Assembly (NCBI RefSeq): GCF_036321535.1
Contig: NC_087442.1
Coordinates: 1,364,001 to 1,428,000 of the forward strand
Direction: 5' to 3'
DNA from: Camelus dromedarius
Lineage: Eukaryota
Length of the DNA stretch: 64,000 nucleotides
Position numbers and translations under genes: made by a program. Positions 11,892-22,425 of this stretch are shown here, piece by piece; the first letter of the stretch is position 1; each line of letters starts with the position of its first letter. The notes below the pieces were generated by a model. The model was not told the DNA's origin, searched no databases, and saw only the letters and a list, made by a program, of their open reading frames with translations.

Positions 11892-12710
11892 AACTTTATA
11901 TTGTGCTTCACATTAATGCCTATCTTTGATTTGAAGTCATGGCATAAAATTTAACATAAGTGACAGCAACATCCTGACCAATTACCCAAGCCATCCAGAC
12001 GTCCCTAAATGTCCAGAACATAGCACATGGTCTGTGGGATTAAGAGGTTAACTCCTATAACTTCAAACGAAGTGCTTGATAATAAAAGCAAAAAGTACAA
12101 AATTTGAGGTAACTTCCTTTCTTAATTAATGAGACTGACCAGGTGGAAGCGGAGGGCTGGGTGCTGGTGCTCGGCAGGTCTATAAAGCTGAGCACCGTGA
12201 CAGCACCATGGAGGAGGAACNNNNNNNNNNNNNNNNNNNNNNNNNNNNNNNNNNNNNNNNNNNNNNNNNNNNNNNNNNNNNNNNNNNNNNNNNNNNNNNN
12301 NNNNNNNNNNNNNNNNNNNNNNNNNNNNNNNNNNNNNNNNNNNNNNNNNNNNNNNNNNNNNNNNNNNNNNNNNNNNNNNNNNNNNNNNNNNNNNNNNNNN
12401 GAAGTCCAGCTCGGGCTCAGTGAGCTTTCATTGCGTTCTTTCATTATTTTTGCTCGTTTTTGCCACTGATCATCCATAAATTGTTGGAAATGAGTGATTA
12501 AGGAAGTGCTGCTTAGTGTTAGTGGCACATGCGCATATTTGGCATGTTTTTGTGGGTGAGAGGAAATCACGTACACAAAGGGAAACTCCTGCTGGGAACC
12601 TTTCAAGGAAATTTACCTTGGGTCTCGTTTTGATCTTGGTGTTTATTACAGAAAATGGAGTCATATCTCACCAACTATTGTTATGTGTTAATGTGATTTT
12701 CCCAACACCT
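11892..12710. promoter_or_regulatory. ZRS (ZPA regulatory sequence / MFCS1), long-range SHH limb enhancer; centre in N gap
   Basis: Matches recalled human/mouse ZRS on both sides of the gap (TAATGCCTATCTTTGATTTGAAGTCAT..., GGATTAAGAGGTTAACTCCTATAACTTCAAA, GAGGTAACTTCCTTTCTTAATTAA, ATCCATAAATTGTTGGAAATGAGTGATTAAGGAAGTGCTGC, ...TTTTCCCAACAC); ~5.2 kb into LMBR1 intron 5, as in human. Confidence 0.97.
12221..12400. other. N gap, 180 nt, inside the ZRS
   Basis: Run of N. Confidence 1.
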
Positions 12711-13329
12711 TTAAGAAAAAAACCTCATTCAGTAATTTATTAACAAAAGTCCTCTACCCTCCCACAATTGGGAGGACTAATTTTGTGCCTAGAAACAACA
12801 TGGCTAAGAATGGTTATTTTCAAAACATTTAATTCTGGTAGTGTTGTTATACGTGAGGTTCCTTTTGGAATTGTGCCTCTACTGTAAAACGCGGGGTTCT
12901 GGTAATGTACACGGAGCATTTCAGACATTGAAGCTTGAAGTAGAGGATTGCAGAAAAAGACCATGAAAGGATTATTTTGAGGACAAGGTGCATTTGTTTC
13001 ATTTAAAATTATTTGCGTTTATAAGGATTTTGAATTAAAAATCATTTAGTTAATAAAATGACATTAATTTTGTCACTGTTCTTAGTACAATTGCCTGTTG
13101 GAGGTGACTGGATTATAATTTCAGTAGCAGTATCTGAACTGCTGTTGAACAGCACCTGTGTGTTTAAAACACACCACGCAGCTCCCGCATACTTTGTGAT
13201 GGTTCCATACTTTGAACTGGACCGTTGTGCAGCACCTTCATCTTTGTCTCCAGTTATCTAAGGAGAGATTTCTGCTCTAAGGCTAGACTGTCTCTTCATT
13301 TGTGTAATAGTATAGCAGCAAAACTATAA

Positions 13330-13480
13330 GCTCTAGCATTCAGAAGGCCTGGACTTAAATCTTGACTCTTCTTTTTACTGACCTGGGGCTTTAGACACGT
13401 TTCTTGGGGTCTCCATCTGCATAATGGGCTGGCAGTACTCACTCGTCCTTGGGTAGCTGAGGGGCTTGATTACTTCACTT
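13330..13480 (+). mobile_element. MIR SINE
   Basis: cagaaggcctggacttaaatcttgactct...ccatctgcataatggg. Confidence 0.6.
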
Positions 13481-16400
13481 AACCTGTTTGTACACCAGCA
13501 GGACGCAGTAGGAGCAGCGGTTGTTAGATGCGTGAGTGTGCCAGCTGTGTGCCAGCTGGCAATCATCAGGAAGATTTGTGTAGGATTACACTTTACATGT
13601 GATAGCAAAATGAGGTAAGAAATTATAGTGGTGTTGACATAGTCGGCCTTTCAGTTTTCTTTTTGAAATAGAAATGATTTTATCTTATAACAGTATGGGT
13701 TGTAAAAAAGAGGTATTATGTTTAATAGGTAACTGAATTTCAAGCTTTATTTTATATGCTGATTAAATTACTAACTAATGTCTCATAATATGTTAAATGA
13801 GGAGAAGTTTTAGTAGGGAGGAAATAGAAAATCACCAGGTTCAGATTTTAAAGTAATTATACTTTCAATTAAACTGACCCTAAGACTTCTGATATTCATA
13901 AAACGGTTTTATAGATATAATTATTGCCATCGTTTAGAGTCTCTTTTCTAAAACTTTTTTTGGGGGAATTGAAAGTACCCACCCTTGGTTGGAATGAACT
14001 TTATTTGAAAGTAAAATTAAATGTCAGATTAAACGCTGCCTGGAGAGCTGCCTGCATGATCATGATATGTCCCACAGCCTGTGGGACGAGAGCTCACCCA
14101 GGATGCCAGGGTTTGGATTGTTAAAATCTTCTATTTATTTGGCATTTAAACTCATATTTATTTGTCTATAAAATCGTTTATTCAGCACGTCACAGTGTTA
14201 ATCTTCTGATCTCTATGAAATGTATGCCAGTGTAGCTGAAACTTGGTATCTGCTTTACAGCCCATTTATTTGGCCCACTTGGCCCAGAAATAAAAGTGGT
14301 GTGTTCAGACACAGCAGAGGCAATAGGACTGCTCGACAGTTTTGACATCAGATAATATTTTGGTTGCAGTATATCTACTTTTCTTCAAAACTTAAGTCAT
14401 TAATAGTTATATTACTTAAAAATTTATTGGTTTGCACACTTTCTGTTAAGGAAAGGAGATTCTCATTTAGAAAGACAAGTTCTTACTGTTATAGAGTGAT
14501 TGAATTTTAAAGCGCTGAAGTGTTAAAAAATACATAAAATGTATGTTCTTTTAGTCAATAAAAATAAGATGAGCAGGCAAAAACAAAAAATAAGGCTACA
14601 TCAATAATGGAAAAAGAATCAAATGTACTGAAATGATCAGTGTAAAGGAAGCATTTCCTGAGTGATGGCTCCTGTGAGATCCAGTGTGTTCCTGTTATCT
14701 TTCCTAGAACACAAAGAAGAAATTTTAAGTTGTTTTATAATGCTGGATTTAAATACTTTTATACTTGCATATTTTAGTTGGGATTAATATTTGATGTTTC
14801 TCGTTACATGTTAATTAATGACTATTAAGTTTTATAAGCAGTCTTTTAAACTGACTTGTGAAGGACTTAAAATTTAAAAAAATCCTTTTTGAAGTATCAG
14901 AAAGATTTATTTGATCTCTTGATGGTTTTTGCTTCCTTATTAAATGCCTAGAATTAAATGATATATCTGATTTAGTTTCTTAGAAGAATTTAATGAAGCA
15001 CCTTATGCTGTGATAAGAACTTACCACATAACTTCAATGCATACTGTGATTCAGTATTCTGAATAAGATTCCCCTTCTCCTTCTGTAATCACCTTGGTTC
15101 AGGTTTCATCACTTCTTACTTGGATTGCTTAAACCACTGCCCATCTGTGTTTTCTACTTCCGGTTTTGTTCCCACACAAAGTAACCTCCACACCACCTTC
15201 TAGCATTGCTTTCTCAATAATGCTGCGTCTGTAACTCACCTCCATAAAATCTCCAAGGACCAAAACTGAACAGGCACAACGAAACTTAAATGCTAACTGG
15301 ATAAGTGATTCCCCGGTTGGGGCAGGGAGGTGGTTACAAGGTGGTTCAGGACCACGGGTGCATTGAGGCTGGGAGCTGGCACTAAAGCCCCACTGAAAGC
15401 CCTGGGCAAAAGAGCATGCTTGTCTCCCAGACTCACACACGTACCCTGCCCATGGCAGAGGAGGGCTGTCAGCCTTAGTTCTGGGCAGACGTCTCCCCTG
15501 AGAGCTAGTCCACAAGCGTCTCCCTCCCAGGAGTTGGGGTTCAGTCAAAACCTGTATTGTTGGGAGACCCCAAGCCAAGAAATCAGCATAAAAGCTTTGT
15601 CAAAGCCTTATGCATCATGTTATCATTTTAACCTAATGTATTGTTGACTAAATTAGAATTTGAAGTGTTTTATATAAATATATAATTAATGTTGGTTTTA
15701 GAAAGTTGACTTAATATAATTTGAGATACATAATATATACAAATTTTTGAGCTGATACTATTTATGACATGGGCTGTTTAATTACCTTTATATTAATTGC
15801 ATGAGAAAACTCAAGACTTGACAACAAACATAAAAGCAGGCCTAAACAAAACCTGATTTCATTTTATCCTAGCTTTTTTCCATTTTAAACTTACCCCCTT
15901 TCTTAGTAATTTGATATTGGTTTAGTTCTTAAGGTGTTACCACTCCTCCAAAGCCAAGGATGAATGACACGGTCTGCTCTGTTTTAGCTGCCTTTTCTGT
16001 GAGTTTTCCCCAAGAGCCAATATTTTAATCTATCTGTAGTTAATTTTGTGACATGATTAAAAAGAGTGACTCTAAATACATTCTTTTCTGTTATTCTAAA
16101 GCATTGTATATAGTATTATTACTCAACAATTATTTTTTAATATTTTAAAATTCTTTTCTATAATCACATATATTTTTAGACTTTTTGCAGCGTGTAGTGC
16201 CTGGAATCACTGCTGTTTTCTTACTTTTCTTACTGTCTTTTTATTTTTCTTAGTCTGTGATTTCCCCTGGGCAGTTCTCCATAGATTTGATCCTAGCTGC
16301 TTTCTCTCATTTCGGGATTTCTCAGAACTACTTCTCCGCTGATGGCTCCCTGTCTTCTAGCATAATTAATTCATGCAGTTAGTTCCTGTTGACCACTTAT

Positions 16401-16663
16401 TGTATGCTGGGTACTGCTACGGCTGCTAGGGGCAGTGCAGATTGATTGGTTATTTATTATGTAATTTTCATGTCTTCTGTGGTTAAAAGAAAGTATGTTT
16501 ATTAATCCGTCATCTTGAGCCGATGTCCCTGATTCCTCTCTTTCTACCTGTTAGCTTTACCAGCCCTTTGTCTGGAACTCAGTTATTGTTAATTTGGGGA
16601 CATTCTTTGCCCTTGGAGGCCTTGGAGGTCTGTAGTCCCTGCTTGTGTCGGCTCTGATTTCAT

Positions 16664-16682
16664 CAGCAAGTAGGCGGCGCTG
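16664..16682 (+). promoter_or_regulatory. Candidate CTCF site (possible orthologue of mouse Lmbr1 i5 site)
   Basis: CAGCAAGTAGGCGGCGCTG fits about 17/19 positions of the CTCF core by eye; ~4 kb 3' of the ZRS in intron 5, forward orientation. Confidence 0.45.
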
Positions 16683-19162
16683 TCTTTTGACCTCTCCGCT
16701 TTAGCTCTGCAGCTGTTTTAGCCTCTCGTGGCCTTAGTGTTGTTTAAAGAAGATCTTTTCCAATCTACTGTTCAGAAATTCCTTATCAGCATTCCAGGAT
16801 GATTCCTACAAATGTACAGGCCCTTTCTAAGTGCGTCTGTGTTCCAGGATCTTTAATGTTTAATCTCCCTAAGTCTTACTTGGCTTGGGTGAAGCAAACT
16901 CTTGAGGCTGATGATTTTGGCTGATTCTCCTGTGCATCTTGACTTCTATCAGTTTTTCATTAATATTTTAATTATAATTTAAACAAGTTTAGAGAAAGCC
17001 AATTAACCCCACATTGTATTTTATATCATTCCAAATTACCTGTCAACATTTGTACTTGGATTATTGTGTAATTATAATTAGTGTGTACATATATTTTATG
17101 TCCTTCTTACTTTAATAGTTTATTTTGTGTACATAAGTTTTCTAGTGCCAGGAAAAATTGTCCAAGACTTGGAAATGGGCAGAAGAGATCCTGGGTATGT
17201 ATGAGTGGAGTGTTGGGCCCTGTCTAGTGGGTGCCCTGTCTGGGGAGTATCTGATCCTATAGGGGGGTGCAGTTTTGGCTGATTTTCTGTTGACTTGGCT
17301 ATAATACATCTACTTAGGGTTAGAGTTAACTTGTAGGAAACTGAGAGCAATGCAAATTAATTTTGTCTGGTAGAGATATAATTGATTTCTTCCCTGTACA
17401 AAAGATAGCTCCAAACATTTCATTTTATTGTCCCACAGGGTATTATCCAGTTTTGCATCTGTTAGTAAATTGATTTTTAATATTTCTGGTTATCTAAGCT
17501 CTTCAGATTCTCCTTTGACCTGGTTTTAACAGAAATTAAAACCATATGCTAAAGGGTGCGAAGAACAGAAGAGACCAGGGTACTCAGAAAGGAGCTGCAG
17601 TCAGCAAGCAATAGTCACACTTGGCTGTGGGCTAAAGCCGAGCTTGGGTCCTGATAGTTGAGAGCTGGTAAATGCTTGCAAGTGTCCACCGGGGCACAAG
17701 TACCGAGTCACCTCACGCAGAACCAGATCCTGCCTGTCTAGATCCACTGTCACCAGAAGCAGAAGATGATAAAGAAAAAAGCAGGACAAAAACTCCTGGG
17801 TATGTAAAGGTGAGCAGGGACCCGAAGATGACCAGACATTTGGGAAAAGCCAACATTGTGAGAGGGACCAAATTTGATGTACTATTCAAGTTAATAGACA
17901 AAGAGAAGATTTCAGAGACATTTGAAAATATTTGATCTAGCATTTTAGACTGCTTTTTGGCAGAAGGAATTAAAGATGTCTTGTCCTCAGTGTTGCCAGA
18001 AATGAAAGTTCTCCTGAGTCATTCTGATAAAAAAAATCAAGTCCATACAGTTTCTAGGATATTTCTACCAGCCTTTAAGGAATAGATAACTCTAATTTCA
18101 ACAAATTTTTCTGGAGATTTGAAGATGGAACACTCACAATTGCATTTTTATGGGACTAGTATAGTCTTGATGCTGAAAGCAGAAAAGGATAGTATGAGGA
18201 AGGAACGTTATATGCCATTCTTTTTCATGAATACTTGCCAACCAAAAAATATGAAGCTGAATCCAACTACGTACATGAAAGATCATCATCAAAAGCATTT
18301 TATTTCAGCCACCAGGGTTGGTTAACATTAGAAAATCTGTATCTTGTTAGCAGAGTAAATGAGAGAAAAGAATTTAGTGAGCACCTCAGAAGAGACTCAG
18401 AGCACATCCCTGAGGTCAGGGACCGTTCAGGATCAGAAAGCACAGTGAGACTGAGAGGGAGCGCTCTCGACCTGGCCGTGCACATCCACCCAAAGCCTGC
18501 AACTGACATTGTTCTCAGTAGTAAAATGTTAGAAGTATTCACTTTAAAATTGCAATCCTATATCGAGTACTTTTATTTCTAATAATAGACAACACTGTAG
18601 TAGATTTCTTAACCAGTACAATTAGAAAAGAAAAGAAAAATTGAAAGGAACAAACAAAATAGTAATGATTAACAGATAATACTGTCTCTTGACAAATCCT
18701 ATATATAGAATCTAAATTATCAATTCAAATAGGAAAATTTAGCAAGGAAGCTGGATAGAGAATTAATACAGAAAAACCAATAAATAACAGCAACAAACAG
18801 AAAATCTAATTATAAATACCTTTTATAATAGCAAGGCAGCCTAAGGTATATTGAAATAAACTCAACAAGTGATTTCTAAAACCTTCTTGAAATAATATAT
18901 GGAAACAAAAAAAATCTTACTTAAAGATGTTAAGAAGGCCTAGATAAATGGATAGATATTCAATGTTTATTAATTTCTTTATATGGTAAAAATATCAGTT
19001 TTCAAATTATTTTTTAAAGTCAATGCAGTTCTAATAAAATTTCTGAAAGGTTATCTATGACATGTGACAAGGAGATAGTAAAATTCTTATGGAATGGCAG
19101 AGAGCCAAGAAAAGCCAAAGCAGTTTTGAAGAACATGGTGATGGAACTTACTCTGTCAAATA

Positions 19163-19290
19163 NNNNNNNNNNNNNNNNNNNNNNNNNNNNNNNNNNNNNN
19201 NNNNNNNNNNNNNNNNNNNNNNNNNNNNNNNNNNNNNNNNNNNNNNNNNNNNNNNNNNNNNNNNNNNNNNNNNNNNNNNNNNNNNNNNNN
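19163..19290. other. N gap, 128 nt
   Basis: Run of N. Confidence 1.
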
Positions 19291-19357
19291 AGATACTTTT
19301 CTCCACACCCATTAAGGGGGTTTACTGGGGGAAAAAAACTCATAAAGTTACAAGTAT

Positions 19358-19514
19358 NNNNNNNNNNNNNNNNNNNNNNNNNNNNNNNNNNNNNNNNNNN
19401 NNNNNNNNNNNNNNNNNNNNNNNNNNNNNNNNNNNNNNNNNNNNNNNNNNNNNNNNNNNNNNNNNNNNNNNNNNNNNNNNNNNNNNNNNNNNNNNNNNNN
19501 NNNNNNNNNNNNNN
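19358..19514. other. N gap, 157 nt
   Basis: Run of N. Confidence 1.
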
Positions 19515-21094
19515 ATCGAAAGCTAGGACTCCACAGATATTTCTACACCCGTTTTCGTGGCAGGATTATTTACAGCAGCCAAAGGTGGAAACAACTCAAG
19601 CATCCATCAGTGGATTAATAGATAAAATACGGTATGTATATACAGTGGAATACTGTTTAGCATTAACAAGGAAGGAGATTCTGACACGCTACAGCCTGGA
19701 CGATCCTAGAGAGCTTGTGGTCAAACACCACAAGACAAATACTGTATGATTCGGATTCATGGAGACAGTAGACGGGGGGTGTCCAGGGCTGGGCGTTAAG
19801 TGTGGAGTTACTGTTTAGTAGTGCAGAGTTCAAGCTGGAGAATATAAAAAGTTCTAGAGGCGGGTGGTGGTGGTGATCGCCCAACTGGTGTGAATGTACT
19901 TAATGCCACAGAACTGTACGCTTAAAAATGCTTAATGGTACATTTTATGTTTTACGTATTTTACCATAAGAAAAAAAAGTAAATAAATGACAAACGCAGC
20001 AGTTCAGGTTGGTGGTTACCTTTGGGCAGGTTGGTGAGGCGGGTGTGTGTGGTGGGTAGGGCCACATGGGTGCACAGTGGTTATGGCGATGTTCCTTTGA
20101 GTGGTGTATCCACAGGTATTTAATAGACATGCAAAGTGCAACAGTGTACAGACAGACACCTCAGAGATATTGTGGGCTTGGTTCCAGACCACCGCAATAA
20201 AATGATTATTGCAATGAAGTGAGGCACGTGATTTTTTTGGTTTCCCAGAACCTATAAAAGTTATGATTACACTGTACTGCAGTCTATTAAATGTGCAATA
20301 GCATTGTGTCTAAAAAACAGTGTGCATACCTTGATCAAAAAGTACTTCGTTGCTAAAAAATGCTAACCGTCGTCTGAGCCTTCAGTGAGGTGGCGTCTTT
20401 GTGCTGGCGAGAGAGCCTCGCCTCGGTGTTGATGGCTGCTGACTGATCAGGGTGTCTGTTGCTGAAGGCTGGGTGGCTGTGGCAATTTCTTAAAATAAGA
20501 CACTATGAAGTTTGCAGCATTAATGGACTCTTCCTTTCGGGAACAACTTCTCTGTAGCAGGCAGTGCTGTTTGACAGCCTTTCAACCACGGTAGAACTTC
20601 TTTCAAAATTGGACTCAATCCCCTCGGACCTTGCCGCTGCCCTGTCAGCTAAGGTTCTGTCACACCCTAAACACTTTGTTGTCATCGGGACACCGTCACA
20701 GCGCCTTCACCAGGAGAGGATTCCGTCTCAGGAAACCACCTGCTCTGCTCACCCTTTTCCGTGCACGTTTACCGTGAGGCTGCAGCAGTTCAGCCCCAGC
20801 TTCAGGCCCCACGTCTAATCCCAGTTCTGCCGCTGTTTCCACCACGTCCGCAGTTCCTCCCTGCACTGAGGTCTTGAACCCCCCGAAGTCCGCGAGGGTT
20901 AGAGTCCACTTCTCCCGACTCCTGTTAGTGTCGATGCTTTGCCCTCGTCTCATGAGTCTTGAGTGTTCTTAATTGCATCTGGAATGGTGAATCCCTTCCA
21001 GAAGGCTTTCAGTTCCTTCTCCCAGACCCATCCGAGGAATCAGTCTATGGTAGCTACAGCCTTACAAAGTATGTTTCTTCTATAGTAAGACTTG

Positions 21095-21218
21095 ATAGCT
21101 ATCTTGATTGTGTGGTGGTTTCATAGGTGTATACATCTCTCAAAGTTCGTTGAATTGTACATCTGAAATATGTGTAGTTACTGTGCAGGAATCATACCAC
21201 AATAAAGGTGTTAAAAAA
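21095..21218 (+). mobile_element. Short old L1 3' tail nested in Tigger1
   Basis: atcttgattgtgtggtggtttcataggtgtatacat...gaattgtacatctgaaatatgtg...caataaaggtgttaaaaaa. Confidence 0.65.
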
Positions 21219-22006
21219 TAAGCAGCGGTTTTGGAAAGGAATCTTTTTTTTCGGAGCAGTGGGTCTCAATAGTGGGTGGAAAATATTCAGTAACCACGCT
21301 GTAAACGGGTGTGCTGTCCCCCAGGCTTTGTTCCGTTTACAGAGCGCCAGCAGAGTAGCTTTAGCGTCATTCTTAAGGGCCCTGGGGTTTTTGAAATGGT
21401 AAATGAGCACTGGCTTCAACTGAAGTCACCTGTCCTTTGAAGCTTTGAAGCCAGGTGTTAAATTCTCTCTGGTGTGAAAGTCCTAGACGGCATCTTCTTT
21501 CATTATGAGGCTGTCTTGTCTGTGTGGAAGCCTGTCGTTCCGTGGCCCACCTGCGCTAACTGACTGTCTTGGGCAGCTTCTGGAGAGCCTGCTCAGCTCC
21601 TGCCGCAGCTCCTGCCGCGTCACCTGCTCTTTGGCATTACTGAGACGCAGTCTTTCCTTAAGCCTCAGGGACCAACCTCTGCTGCTTCAGACTTTTCTTC
21701 TGCAGCGTCCTCACCTCCCCCGGCCGTCATGGAACTGAAGAGGGTCAGGGCCTTGCTCTGGATGGGGTTTGGCTGAAGGCAGTGTTGTGGCTGGCAGATC
21801 TCCTCTGCAGACGCTAAAGCTGCCTCCACGACAGCAGTAAGGCTGTTTCCTTCTTACTATTCTTGTGTTCACCGGAGCAGCCCTTTCCATTTCCTTCAGG
21901 AACTTTTGTTTTGCCTTCACACCTTGACTGTTTGGTGTGGGAGACCCAGCTTTCAGCCTCTCAGCTTTCCACGTTTCTTCCTCTCTGAGCTGCATCGTTT
22001 CTGGTT

Positions 22007-22425
22007 ATTTTTTGTTTTAATTGAAGTGTAGTTGATTTGCAATGTTGTGTTAGTTTCTGGTGTACAGCACAGTGATTCAGTTTTACATCTGTATATTCTT
22101 CTCCATATTCTTTTTCATCATAGGCCATTAGAAGATAGTGAATTCAGCTCCCTGCGCTGTACGGCAGGCCCTTGCTGTTTATCTGTTTTATATATAGTAG
22201 TTGGTATCTCCAAATCCCGAGCTCCTAATTTATCCCTCCCTACCACATTTCCTCCTGGTAAGCATAAGTTTGTTTTCTTTGTCTGTGAATCTGTCTCTCT
22301 TTTGTAAATAAGTTCATTTGTGTCATTTTTTAAGATTCCACGTGAGAGTGATACCATACGGTATTTGTCTCCCTCTGCCTGATGGATTTCACTTAGTGTG
22401 ACGATTTCAGTCCGTCCGTGTTGCC
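22007..22425 (-). mobile_element. Cetartiodactyl-type L1 3' end nested in Tigger1
   Basis: T-rich start then ttgaagtgtagttgatttgcaatgttgtgttagtttctggtgtacagc...; degenerate TSD gcatcgtttctggtt (21992-22006) / gcatcacttctagct (22426-22440). Confidence 0.85.

Larger units (their letters stand above)
17520..19980 (+). mobile_element. Degenerate L1 (ORF2 pieces plus L1MB-like 3' end), interrupted by two N gaps
   Basis: ORF2-like peptides (KEIVKFLWNGREPRKAKAVLK); 3' UTR ggaaacaactcaagcatccatcagtgg...aatgtacttaatgccacagaactgtac...A-tail near 19975. Confidence 0.85.

Noticed and set aside
12055-12606. Long ORFs over the ZRS (183 aa minus, 108 aa plus)
   Set aside because: Inflated by the N run; the region is a non-coding enhancer
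19057-19749. 230-aa ORF
   Set aside because: Mostly X from N gaps; the flanks are decayed L1 ORF2
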